Shown here: positions 27,105 through 39,855 of the stretch, piece after piece | How the letters are laid out: each line of letters begins with the position of its first letter | Numbering within the stretch: position 1 is the first letter of the stretch | Program-made: the position numbers and the translations under genes | The notes under the pieces: generated by a model | Told to the model about the DNA's origin: nothing | What the model saw: the letters and a program-made list of their open reading frames with translations, nothing else | Database searches by the model: none | Assembly: GCA_951406725.2 (NCBI GenBank) | Contig: OX597815.1 | Coordinates: forward strand, 149,854,001-149,918,000 | Length of the DNA: 64,000 nt | Origin: Octopus vulgaris | Lineage: Eukaryota | Direction: 5' to 3'

Positions 27105-27427
27105 TGTATATAAGAATTTTTTCCTAATGAGATAAAAAACCAAGTCTGTGTAGATATTAGAACATTTATAGATAGGTCTTACAGGATATTTATTAATCAT
27201 ATCCCTTAATCGAAGACCGTGTGAGAGGATGGTTAAGTAATAATTAATTTAGATTTGTATCCTATCTAAATTAATTTTTAAGTAACCATCTCACACCGTC
27301 TCCGATGAAGGGATATAATTAATAAATATCATGGAAACAGCTGTAAGACCTTTTATCTATAAATGTTCTATTATCTACGCAGTATTGTTTTTTTTTATCT
27401 CATAACGCAAAAAATTCTCATATATAG
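27105..27427. repeat. Imperfect inverted repeat, ~155-bp arms, ~9-nt loop
   Basis: AGAACATTTATAGATA / TATCTATAAATGTTCT; AATTAATTTAGAT / ATCTAAATTAATT. Confidence 0.88.
27298..27349 (+). ncRNA. Minimal type-I hammerhead motif in an inverted-repeat arm
   Basis: GTCT-CCGATGA-AGGGATAT..ATATCATG-GAAAC-AGCT-GTA-AGAC, with palindromic stem III ACAGCTGT. Confidence 0.62.
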
Positions 27428-27432
27428 ATATA

Positions 27433-27831
27433 GGCCCAGGATTGGCTGTGTTGTAAGTAGCTTGCTTTCCAGCCGCATTGTTCCGGTTCAGTCCCACTGC
27501 GTGGCATCTTGGGCAAGTGTCTTCTGCTATAGTCTCGGGTCGACCAAAGCCTTCTGAGTGGCGTTGGTAGACGGAAACTGAGAGATTCCCACCGTATATA
27601 TATGCATATGCATGTGTGTGTATGTTTGGGTGTCTCTGTTTGACCCCCCCCTCCAACATCACTTGACAACCGATGCTGGTGTATTTACATCCCCGTAACT
27701 TAGCGGTTCAGCACAAGTGACGGATAGAATAAGTACTAAGCTTAAAACGAATAAGTTCTGGGATTGATTTGCTCGACTAAAGGTGGTGCTCCAGCATGGC
27801 CGCAGTCCATATATCTGAAACAAGTAAAAGA
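27433..27831 (+). mobile_element. SINE family 1, full-length copy
   Basis: Colinear with 38088-38460. Confidence 0.9.
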
Positions 27832-30536
27832 TTACAGATATACAGCATTCATACAGACATAGACATACGCATATAAAGAAGGAAATGCTAATATTTATAT
27901 TTATAGTCTTATATATAGAGTTACGTTTATGTTCAAATATTCCTTAAAACATTTTTTTTTTCCTTTTTTCTAATTGTAGAATGCATCTGGTTCACTCGTA
28001 TTTGAATAACTGTAATGTATCTTTATCAACGTCTGCATGATTTAATCTAAATGCCGTTATTATTTACCCCTGTGGTCATGTCTAGCCTTACTAATGCATC
28101 TTGTTTCCAGCTGGGAATATTATAACTATAACTTATTACTGAAACAGCTAGAGTTTTGTTACACATTACCTAATGTTTTACAGTTTAGCGCTGTTTTAAG
28201 TACTACACTAATGTATCTATAATATTGTTTCCTAACATTTTTATTTCTTTGTGTCTGGTGTGTTCTGTCTTGTTCATTAATTACAATGTATCTGTATATC
28301 TGTATTTCTCTTTAAGTCTTTTTTCGCTTATGTATCTCTTTAAAATGATATTAGTTCTTTTTCATAATCCTCTCTTCAAAATTATCATGAGGATTATGTG
28401 TTTCTAAACAAATATGCAAATTTCTATACTGAAATCTTTCAATGTATGTACTAATATCTCCATGTCCTTATCATCTGCCGCATGTAGACAAGTATCGCCC
28501 ACGTGTAAATGATTGTTGATTACCATTCCATAGCAAAGTTTAGTCTGTATCAATTCTGTTCTGTGTGATATTAAATGTATTCAGATCTAAATTTAATGAC
28601 GTAGACAAAAGGGTGCCTCATTGAGAACTTCTCTCCTTGTAGTGGTGAGGGGTTTAGAAACTTCGAATTTACTTTGTATGAATAAATAATCTACTTTCCC
28701 TTAAAATAACTAAACTGCTGAGATTTCCGACGTCCTCATTCATAGCTAATATTTTCAAAGCGAACGACTCAGGAACATGGTTATGCAGAAGAATTACCTT
28801 ATTTCAGAGAAGTGTCTAACTAGAAATACTCACTGCATCGCACACAATTCTATGTTATGTAGAGATATTATTGGATAATAAACAATATACAAATTGATGA
28901 CAACTCAAACCGAAATAAATTATTACCCATCGAAAATCATGTATCTATTGTTACGAAATAAAAATAACCTTATCGATCACGTGACTAATTTGAAGCATGC
29001 TGCACGTTGCGTTTTTGTGCGTCTTTGCTGTGAGGTGGACGAGTTCAAGTGGTAAAAGAATGCGTATGCGAGTGGGCAACATAAAGTACGCGGCTTATGA
29101 AGATGGTAACGTAAACAAACAGGAAAAAAGATAATCAGTTTGAAGTTGGCAAGAAAACAGTCTGTGTAAAGTTGGCAAGGAAGACAGTCGGTGTAAAGAA
29201 GCGATGTGACCAGTCGAAGTGAACCCAGGTGACGGAGAACCAGATTATAATAGAACATTCATTCGGGTACGACTACGTCTTCCTCTGTAAGGAAGTTGGC
29301 TTGCAGGGCTGGCCTGCGGTTTGGTGAAGCCGTATCCATGTTAGGAAGCCGAAAGTAGTTCTACGCAAAACTTGTATGTAGATTTCTTATAGTGGCAGAC
29401 ATAAAAAGAAGCTTGTAGAGAGTAGCATTACAGTTATTTGTAATTAATTTTGGTGATATTCTCGCACGGTGAACGCGGATGGCGGGATTATTAAGGGTGT
29501 TCAACGCACGATCGCGTGATCGAAGTTTCGATTCCTGGATGCAGTGGTGCATAAGTTCTACGGGAATATCCGGCACACCTGTAATTGAGTAATTCTACGA
29601 CGGACTAGCATTTCATTCGACTGGGGAGGAGGTATGTTGTAATCTCTGCTTAACTAATACGCCATGCCAACCAGATTGCTTGCCGTGTCAATCCCAGGAC
29701 TCGAGACAGTAATGTCGTTTTTGTCGCACGCATTTTCCAAATTTATACATTTGAATGCATGCTTTTCAAAACGATCCAATTGTTTTTTTGAAGAAAAGAA
29801 ACTTTCAACGTCTTTTTTCAAATTATGAATAATAAAATGGATGAGGATAAAAGCAATAACATGTTTTATCGATGTTATTGCTGTCATGTTTTTATGTATA
29901 GATGATTGATTGGAAAATCATCATCTATTATTTATTAAGTTGGGAATTTCTACACAATATGAATTGGTAGCTTCTTCTAATGCACATGCAGTTTAACTTT
30001 GAATATGAAATACTCCATATTAACGGTGTTAATCTTTAACCTCAAATGAAGTAATAATCATTAATTGTTAAAATAAATCAATGTTGTGACACTTAAACAT
30101 AAAAATGTGTAATAACAAAAACAGGAATATTATATTTTCATTATTTTTGACTGGATAAGAACATTATTTCAAGTGTAAAAGAGAAATGGTTTGAAGTCTT
30201 GAAAAAAATACCTTCCTAGATGTTTGCTGCGTTTGTTTTTATTTAATATCGAGTACTTAACAAAAATAAAGCTTTTTAAGACTTTTTGGAAATAACAACT
30301 CAAAAACAATAATGCACACATTATAGAGAAGTCTTAAGAATGTTATGCTTGTTAAAGTAAGTAAATTCTTTAGAAATTCTACCCATATGAAACAGGAAAA
30401 TTTCTAAAGGAAATTAGCAACTATTTGTTTTGTCCGTGTTTGCCTCATTGCATATGAAGGAATCTCACTCTTCACTTTTAATAATTGTTTCACATCTCAC
30501 TCTGTCTGCGTCTCTCTCTCTCTATAAATGTATATA

Positions 30537-30687
<151 letters not shown>

Positions 30688-30688
30688 A

Positions 30689-30725
<37 letters not shown>

Positions 30726-31394
30726 CTGTGTCTGTCTATCTGTCTATCTATATGTCTCTCTCTTTTCTCTCATTCTCTCTATATATATCTATCTCTCTTT
30801 CTCTCTTTTCCTCTTTCGCCGTCTCCTTATATACATTTCTCTGGGCATTCATACTATCCATTCATATTTTCCTGTTTAAATAATCGATTATACATACTGT
30901 TTTCGTACATTTATTCGAAACTTGTTCTCCATGGATATTGAGCAAATAATTTGTTCAGTTTTCTTATAGAGATATTTCCATTATATCCATATTTATGTCA
31001 TTGATGAATTATACGGTTCTTCCTTTCAGCATAAGGACTCGTTTTACCGTCAAAATAATAATTGTGATCTCAATATGTTTACAGTGAATGTATCAAAGTC
31101 CTTTTAATATATGTCTAGAGACATTTCTCTATTGAGTTTCCTTTTGGTTGCCTTAAAAGTTTTCTTTAGGTGATAATGTGTTTATCTTCCTGTGATTTAT
31201 AAGAAACCTTTGACCAATGTGGTATATTTGAATAGGATTTCAGTAAACGTTACTTGCGTGTATCGAGTCTAAGACCTATCCTGCACGTCTCACAGCGTTG
31301 TTACCAGTTAAATTCTGCACAATTCTTTATGTTTAAATGAATCATGCAGGGACTTCTTTCTCTCGTTATTGACAACACCCTGGACGGAAATAGT

Positions 31395-31863
31395 TTTTCT
31401 ACTTTAGGCTCAAGGCCCGAAATTTTTGGAGAGAGGCAAAAAAAGTCGACTCCAGTACGTAACTAGTACTTAATCTATCGACCTCGAAAGGATGAAAGCT
31501 AAAGTCGGCTTCGGCAGAATTTGAGTCGACTCCAGTACGTAACTAGTACTTAATCTATCGACCTCGAAAGGATGAAAGCTAAAGTCGGCTTCGGCAGAAT
31601 TTGAGCTCAGAACATAAAGACTGACGAAATACCTATTTCTTTATTACCCACAAGGGGCTAAACATAGAAGGGACAAACAATGACAGGCATAGGTATTAAG
31701 TCGATTACATTGACCCCAGTGCGTAACTGGTACTTAATCTATCGACCCCGAAAGGATGAAAAGCTAAGTCGACCTCGGCGGAATTTGAACTCAGAACGCA
31801 GCGTCGGACGAAATACCGCTAAGCATTTCTCCCAGCGTGCTAACGTTTCTGCCAGCTCGCCCG
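31395..31863 (-). mobile_element. SINE family 2 dimer with an internal perfect 80-bp tandem duplication
   Basis: Two SINE units; 31444-31523 is identical to 31524-31603. Confidence 0.85.
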
Positions 31864-32243
31864 CATTCATAGCCGACGGTAATATTGAATGCCATCCACG
31901 TATATAACTTTCAGAAACTCTTGATTTAGTCATGACAGCTTTCTTTTATTTTTTATTTGTTTCAGTCATATGTCTGCGCCATGCTGGAGCACCGCCTTGA
32001 AATGTTTTGATAGGAGAATTCAACTAGTAGTTACGCTATCGGTCTCTTTTGCTAGTTAAGGGGAAGTAAACACGCTAATACCGGTTGTCAAGTGTTCATG
32101 CGGCGACAAACAGAAACAGCAAGAGCGCTAAAAATATATAATTATGGGACAAGTCTTGGCAATAGAGAAAAAGCCGGTTTCTAACCTAGATTCACGGCTC
32201 CTTCATTGGAATTTCAACATCAAGAACACGTTATTTTGGTTTT

Positions 32244-33250
32244 ATGCATGTGGTTGCTCTCTCGGACATGCCCGCTGCCATAGAACCAGCCACAGTCACT
32301 AGCTACTCCGATGATACAAAAGTATCGCAGGCGGTCAAGTATCCTATGATCCTAAAACTTCAAAATGACCTGAACGCAATATATAAATGGGCTGAGGAGA
32401 ATAATAGGCAGTTCAATGACGCAAAATTGCAAGCACTCCGTTATCAACCCACAACTAACTACAGCTGAAATACACTGGACCAGCAGGCAATGTAATTCCA
32501 GAGTTAGAGTCGTAGTATGATCTGGGACTGCACATGAGCAACGATACAACTTTCTATGTGCGCTTTGCTCAGATGGTAACACTATCCAGGCGGGTGGCAG
32601 GTTGGATTCTTACATACTTCAGACCAGGAACAGAGACATAATGATTCAGCTTTGGAGAACCTTTGTCGTCAGTCATCTGCACTACTGATCCCACATGTAG
32701 TTCCCACTGATTGTAAAACTAACTGCGGAACTAGAAGCGATCCAACGCCACTTGAAGTTAGACTCAGTAAAACACACGGGCTACTGGGGGAGATTAAGGG
32801 AACTGGAACTGTACTCCCTGGAGAGGAGACGTGAGAGATATTGTGCTACACATGTGGAAAATAATGGAGGGTCTGGCTCCAAATTTCGGAATTGAAATCT
32901 ACAATCCCCCAACTGGCGGCACTGGACAATACCAAAGGTCCCATCTTCTCCACCGAGGATACGAACCCAATATTTTATTAGCTTGGGATTCAAGGGACCA
33001 CAAATTTTTAATGTCCTACTACAGCACATGAGGTATCTGCAAGGTATGCACATGGACGTTTTCATAAAACGTCTAGACAGCATTTTATCTGCAATTCGGG
33101 ATGAATTTACATCGCGGCAGGAGGCATTAAGAAAAGCAACAAAATCCAACTCGCTACATCATCAGAAGCAATACTGAAAAACTTCTCGAATGCAATAAAA
33201 GCGGTCCAACAGTATGGCCTTCTGACTGAAACCCATACAGATAAAAGAAA
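32244..33250 (+). mobile_element. 5'-truncated CR1-like LINE fragment (element A family)
   Basis: ALSDMP..VTSYSDDTKVSQ..WAEENN.QFN..KLQALRYQ and GFKGPQIFN, homologous to element A. Ends GCGGTCCAACAGTATGGCC..GACTGAAAC. Confidence 0.85.
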
Positions 33251-33424
33251 TGATAAAATATATGTTCATATTTGTATGTATTGGTTTATGTATGTCTTCT
33301 CATACATTAGGTTCCATATCTAGACACACTTATGTATAGTTCTATATTTAAGAGATGAGGGATTATGTACATTATTTACATTATGTACATTTGACGGATA
33401 TTTGTCCTCATCTTGTTTGTTGTT

Positions 33425-33470
33425 AACACAACGTTTCGGCTTATATATCCTCCAGCGTTCATCATGTGTC
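33425..33470 (-). ncRNA. Degenerate minimal hammerhead motif (paralogs at 22725-22770 + and 33607-33647 +)
   Basis: GACAC-ATGATGA-A-CGCTG..AAGCC-GAAAC-GTT-GTGTT. The three-copy consensus is (C/A)TGATGA-A-GGCTG..CAGCC-(G/A)AAACGTT. Confidence 0.5.
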
Positions 33471-33477
33471 TTGGGTA

Positions 33478-33543
33478 TATAGTGTAGTGGTTAAGAGCGC
33501 GTGCTACTAACCTCAAGATTCCGAGTTCGAATCCAAGCAGTGA

Positions 33544-33584
<41 letters not shown>

Positions 33585-33595
33585 TAATAATAACA
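33478..33595 (+). mobile_element. tRNA-like SINE head with (AAT)n tail inside an inverted repeat
   Basis: TAGTGTAGTGGTTAAGAGCGCG...GAGTTCGAATCC (A and B boxes), then CAGTGACCTGA(ATA)n. Confidence 0.65.
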
Positions 33596-33947
33596 TCGAA
33601 ACGTACCTAATGAAAGCTGGATGATATATCAGCCAAAACGTTGTCTTAACAACAAACAAGATGAGGACAAATATCCGTCAAATGTAAATAATGTAAATAC
33701 CCTATGCCCATATACATTTAACTGATAAACTTCTGGAACGTTTTACAGATTTGTACAGTTCCAGTGATGGACTAGATCTGTAGTCTTCGAATTAGCGTTT
33801 TCCTTTTCGGTTTTGGGAAGCCTAATTTCGATGCATATATACATGTATGTATGCATGTATGTATGTATGTATGTATGTATGTATGTATGTATGTATGTAT
33901 GTATGTATGTATGTATGTATATATGTATGTATATATCTCTCTATATA

Positions 33948-33986
<39 letters not shown>

Positions 33987-34000
33987 ATATATAACAAAAA

Positions 34001-34038
34001 TTGTCCGACGAACGGGAACGTGAAACTCAGGGTAACAG
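34001..34038 (+). ncRNA. Minimal type-I hammerhead ribozyme (Penelope-type), U4C core variant
   Basis: TTGT-CCGACGA-ACG(GGAA)CGT-GAAA-CTCAGG-GTA-ACAG: all three stems pair; predicted cleavage after 34034. Confidence 0.7.
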
Positions 34039-34071
34039 GTTTTGTTGAATTTCTGTTGCTTTTAAATAAAG

Positions 34072-34126
<55 letters not shown>

Positions 34127-34170
34127 ATGTATGTATGTATGTACGTATGTATGTATGTATGTATATATCT

Positions 34171-34275
<105 letters not shown>

Positions 34276-35377
34276 GATAGACAGATATACATACATTCAT
34301 ACATACATCGAAAAAAATATATATATATGTATATGGGGGTGTATGTATGTATGTGCTTTTTTATGCTTACTTGTATTTGAGAACGGTTGAGTCTGAACTA
34401 TTCAAAACTTTATTAAGCTCTCATACTAATTGCCTATATCCTGCATATATGTTTATGTCAGATACCTATGAGGTATAAACAATAATCAAATAGAATAAAT
34501 ATGTACTTTTTGACATAGTTTCAATCAAAATCGAAGGACAACATTTGCTAGGAAGTAACTGAACAGAAATAAATGAATTAAATAGGGTGAAAAGGGAAAC
34601 AGAACGTAAAATGTGGAGAACGTTTAGAGGTGATCAATAAAGATTTATTTGTTGGTGGGGTATGCACGTACGCACGCGCGCGTGTGTTAACATATCTATT
34701 TTGTAAAAGGCTTGTTTGTTCTTATGCTGAATACTCAATCATTGCTGATATATCTATAGTGTAATAGGCAATAACATCTTGTTACACTACACCATAAGGT
34801 ACTATCAGATGATTATATCTCGGATAACGATTTACATGTAATTTACACTAGAGCGAGCGATCATTCACATCATCCTATGACAAAATGTATAGACATACAT
34901 GCTAACATTTCAATACATTTCGAAATAAAATTTATAATAATAATAATAAAATGCAATGAAAACACATCACAAAATAATAATGAAAATTTCACAAATATGA
35001 TGTAAATAAAAACAGCAGATATTTGCGTTTCCTGATAAAAATTTAATCATCAGCCAAAATTCCCACAGAAATAACAAACAGAATATGACAGACAATAAAT
35101 CACAACACCAAAGCGTATTATAGGTTTAACATGTGTTTTCATTTAGCTTCTTCAATATATTCTCTGTTAAAATGTTTGTTTTGTTACTGCTATCAGCGCT
35201 TTAATATCGCAGATAAAGTTATTATTATTTGCTCAAATGTATGCATGTTTGTTTGTTGTGTGATATTCTTTTGGTATTTTTCAATTTTTTGGTGTGTATA
35301 TAGTTGCGTCGCTATGTGCCAATGTTTGTGCTTCCATGGATTCGTATGTGCAAATATATGCATGTATATGTATTTAT

Positions 35378-35467
<90 letters not shown>

Positions 35468-36102
35468 GTACATTTATATATGTATACATATAAATATACA
35501 CTTCACTTCATGCACATACGCATATACACACAGATGCACACACACACACACACACATTTATTTGCGTATGGTGTTCACATGTGCATGATGTGTATCTTAT
35601 TCAAATATCACATGCTGTCATTTACGTTACTTCTATACTTGTCTGATAAAATTTTGCTTAAAAAACAAAATAAGAACCGTTAACTCTTTACATGATTGAT
35701 ATCGATTGGTTGAATCACCGTATCAGCCGAGGTAAAATACATCAAATCAGCAGCATATGAAATATTGATTGATTTTTATCATTAAACGATCCATTGACAG
35801 TATATTTTTTGATAATTCTCTTATTTCTATATTATTGCAATCATTTTTGTTTTTGGGAAGGTTCATTGAATAACAGTTATTTTTCATGTGGCAACATGTC
35901 GTATGTAATAGTTGATGGGGATATTGAGATCTGTTAATTCATTAGATAATTCATATTATCATTATCGGGAAAATCAAAAATGAACTCCACTAGTTTTAAT
36001 CAGCTTAGCGAGTAAATTATTCTTTCCTTTGACATTCTCAACGAAAAAGAAAAGAAAATAACTGTATTTATGTATACGTTTGTCTGCGTGTATGTATACA
36101 TT

Positions 36103-36133
<31 letters not shown>

Positions 36134-36679
36134 ATGTGTATGTATAGACGTATATATGCATATATGTGTGTTTATTTACATGCATTTATATATGTATTTA
36201 TATATGTATATGTGCATGTGTGTGTGTATAATATTATCTTTAAGCGGTTTTTCTTTTACTTCAGAAACATGGTAATGATATCTCTAAAGCATATTGGATT
36301 CCAGATTAGCTTTTAAATGTATTTTATTAGTTTTGATTTGCACTGAAGCTAATAGAAAACAACTTGGTTTTTCTATATAAATGTCGTTTTTTAAACGTAT
36401 ATAAACAAAAAGCACAGCTTGATGAGGTAGAGAAAAACTTCTAAAGAAGTTTTATATTTTCAGCAAACTTTCAACACGAAAAAGTAATATGATCAATGGA
36501 TTTTTAAAGTAGCAGAAAGGCTTGAAAACTTTCTCCACTAAATTCTACTCAAATACAGAAACGATTTGCAAAATATAAACGACGTGAACATCAACAAAAA
36601 TTCCTGTCAAAAATGCTGTAAATCGTTTCAATCCTCTACACAATATCGTCATTTTCATACATCGCTTATTTGTTAACAT

Positions 36680-36878
36680 GAAGGGCTGCGCCCCTTGCGA
36701 ACGCTGTGGCTTCAGAAATGGGCAGCGTATATCAGGGCTCCTTGCGAACGCTGTGATGTCACAAATCGGCAGCGTATAACAGCGCTCCTTGCGAACGATG
36801 TGGCCTCTCAAATGGGCAGCCTGAAGGGCTGCGCTCCTTCCGAACGCTGTGGCTTCACAAATGGGCAGCGTGTATTAA
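36680..36878. repeat. GC-rich minisatellite, 47-bp unit x4
   Basis: CCTTGCGAACG starts at 36693, 36740, 36787 and (variant) 36836. Confidence 0.92.
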
Positions 36879-37546
36879 GGACCCATAATGGATTGCACTC
36901 TGGTTTATATGTTATGGAGTTTCTGAAAAGTGAAAGATCTTGCAATGTAGCAAACTATTTTAAGAGAAGTGGATGAGTCGGTGTCGTCGACCTCAGTTTT
37001 TGATTGGTACCTTATTTTATCGATGCTGGAAAAATGAAAAGCAAATTTAACGGTTCTGTATTTGAAATCATGAAGTGAAAAGATGGAACACATACTGCAT
37101 GCCATTTTCTGCAATTCTCTAACGATTGTAGCAAGAAGAAGAAGAAGAAGAAGAAGAAGAAGAAGAAGAAGAAGAAGAAGAAGAAGAAGAAGGGATATCT
37201 GACTGCAAGACTAACCTTCTCTTTATAAAATTCCTAGAAATTTTACACTACATTGACTTTGTTGTCTAAGTATATTTAACATATATGTGTGTGTGTGTAT
37301 GTATGTATGTATGCATTTATGTATGTATTTATGTATGTATGTATGCATGTATGCATGTATGTATGTATGTGGTAGAAAATATTTTAATGGGGAAATACAC
37401 GTTGTGGATATAAATACAGAAAGAGAAAAGCTGAAAAAACGCGGAAGATTTGTTTTACAGGATTTTAGAGTATATTACAGCCATGGTAATAAAGATGTAC
37501 AATTTTGTACAAAAGAAGGTTTTGTTCTTTCAACATAATTGATATA

Positions 37547-37632
<86 letters not shown>

Positions 37633-37700
37633 ATATATATGTGTGTGTATATATGTGTGTATATATATACATTATAATTATGTACATAATTATAAGAATT

Positions 37701-37818
37701 GATTGGCTATATACCTCACCACGCACTGTAAAAATAGACGCCAAAAGACACATTTAAGGTAGTAATAGTGTCTTTGGACGTCTATGTTTTCCATACATGG
37801 TGATGCATATTGCCAATC
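37701..37818. repeat. Short inverted repeat, ~50-bp arms
   Basis: GATTGGC...ATAGACGCCAAAAGACAC / GTGTCTTTGGACGTCTAT...GCCAATC. Confidence 0.75.
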
Positions 37819-37920
37819 CCTTCTTATAATTTTATATACAATTATAAAATGTTTTGTAAAATTTACCTATGTGGTTTGTATTTACACGCTGACCGTTAAT
37901 GATTTTTACCCTTTATTATA

Positions 37921-37959
<39 letters not shown>

Positions 37960-38056
37960 GTTTAATAATCTCAACGGAGGCAATGCAAGCGGAGACTAGA
38001 AGAATATAGTTAATAACCATACTAAAGATCAAGTATATACATATATATTCTTCTAC

Positions 38057-38087
<31 letters not shown>

Positions 38088-38460
38088 GGCGCGGGTGGCT
38101 GTGTGGTAAGTAGCTTGCTAACCAACCACAGGGTTGCGGGTTCAGTCCCACTGCGTGGCATCTTGGGCAAGTGTCTTCTGCTATAGCCCCGGGCTGACCA
38201 ATGCCTTGTGAGTGGATTTGGTAGACGGAAACTGAAAGAAGCCTGTCGTATATATGTATATATATATGTATGCGTGTGTTTGTGTGTCTGTGTTTGTCCC
38301 CCTAGCATTGCTTGACAACCGATGCTGGTGTGTTTAGGTCCCCGTCACTTAGCGGTTCGGCAAAAAAGAGACCGATAGAATAAGTACTAAAAGGTGGTGC
38401 TCCAGCATGGCCGCAGTCAAATGACTGAAACAAGTAAAAGAGTAAAGAAAAGAGTAAGAG
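38088..38460 (+). mobile_element. tRNA-derived SINE family 1 (near full-length copy)
   Basis: Head with A box (TGGCTGTGTGG) and B-box-like GGTTCAGTCCC, internal (TA/TG)n, tail GGTGGTGCTCCAGCATGGCCGCAGTCAAATGACTGAAAC. More than 12 related pieces in the window. Confidence 0.9.
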
Positions 38461-38948
38461 TATATATATATATATATATGAGCGCCCTTTTCGTTCCAGC
38501 AGTCGTCGAAGCAACACGTATTTGTTCGTCTCCCTGCGGCCATTAGGCACAACTTCATAAGCCAGCCCCAAACTCAACTCGTCCTGTCGAAAGACCCTTG
38601 TCCTACGTCCTGGTTTTGTTTTGTTTTTTATCTTTACCGTTATTGTTTTTACGTTTTTGTATTCTTATTGGTGTCACGTATTCTGTATTTTTGTTCGTGT
38701 ACTTCGTTCGTTTTCCGTCCTCGTGTTGTATACATTCGAAGCTTTCTTCCAGGGGACCTAATGCGCTTGGCTTAGATTCCGTTGGCGGGCTGCCCAAATC
38801 GGAGCAATCTCAAGATTAATCAGCCGAAATTGCGAAGATGATCTGGTTCTTGACTGATGACTGAGGGCTTCGAATGTCCCGTCCTGTGGTTCTTGTGTCG
38901 TCTCTTTGGTGTTTCATGTTCTTGTCCATGTCTGTATTTATTTTTTAC

Positions 38949-39014
<66 letters not shown>

Positions 39015-39036
39015 TAAATATATATATCTATACAAT

Positions 39037-39231
39037 AATATGTTACTTTACTCGGTAGTCAAGATAAAACTCTGAGTTTCAGATGCCGAAGTGGAAATCC
39101 ACAACACCATATCTTCGGTTATCTGGCTATTTTGAAAATAGCCAGATAACCGAAGATATGGTGTTGTGGATTTCCACTTCGGCATCTGAAACTCAGAGTT
39201 TTATCTTGACTACCGAGTAAAGTAACATATT
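39037..39231. repeat. Perfect palindrome: 97-bp arms, 1-nt centre at 39134
   Basis: Base-by-base reverse complementarity around ...GCTATTTT G AAAATAGC... Confidence 0.97.
39144..39206 (+). ncRNA. Type-I hammerhead-like motif in the right arm of a perfect palindrome (mirror copy on minus at 39062-39124)
   Basis: AGATAA-CCGAAGA-(long imperfect stem II)-GAAA-CTCAGA-GTT-TTATCT. Confidence 0.55.
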
Positions 39232-39302
39232 GTATAGATAAATTTCCTCTATTTACATAATATTGAAGTCTCTTTCTTTCTTTTGTTATCTTACCGTTTT
39301 AT

Positions 39303-39336
<34 letters not shown>

Positions 39337-39795
39337 GCGATGGGCTCCTTTTTCTTTTCAGGCTTCTTGTGCAAAATCTTATCATGAGGCTTTGATCGGC
39401 GTGAGGCTACAATTGAAGTTACTTGCCTAAGGTGTACTGAACTCAGAACCATATGTTTGGGAAGTAGGCTTCTAACCACACAGCCACGTCTGCCCCATTT
39501 AGAGACATTTATTTGAAAGATACGGAGACAATTACCTGAGCTCCACATATGGCAAATTTCACAAGAGAAATATAAATGTCTTCAATGTAATTCATTACAA
39601 TTTGCGGTGGCATTGATTCACCTTTGAGTGATGAATACAAACTATGAATATGACATTATTTGAACACAGAATGTAATGGCTGACATGTAGTCGTTGTTGT
39701 TGCTGATTTCTGGAGACTCGGGTGATTGTTATTTGATTGTTCTTGTCGTTATTGTCTGATCAATTTAGAATTTGTACACAGACTTTCTGCCGGTG

Positions 39796-39855
<60 letters not shown>

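Larger units (their letters stand above)
33370..33698. repeat. Inverted repeat, ~90-bp arms, around a tRNA-like SINE head
   Basis: TACATTTGACGGATATTTGTCCTCATCTTGTTTGTTGTTAA / TTAACAACAAACAAGATGAGGACAAATATCCGTCAAATGTA. Confidence 0.92.

Noticed and set aside
28200-28900. Possible decayed Penelope/GIY-YIG or other coding relic on the minus strand (also 30850-31380 and 7600-7950)
   Set aside because: Only vague resemblance; no diagnostic motif recoverable by eye. A translated HMM search is needed.
33478-33550. Functional tRNA gene
   Set aside because: A and B boxes are present but there is no complete acceptor stem; it ends in (AAT)n like a SINE.
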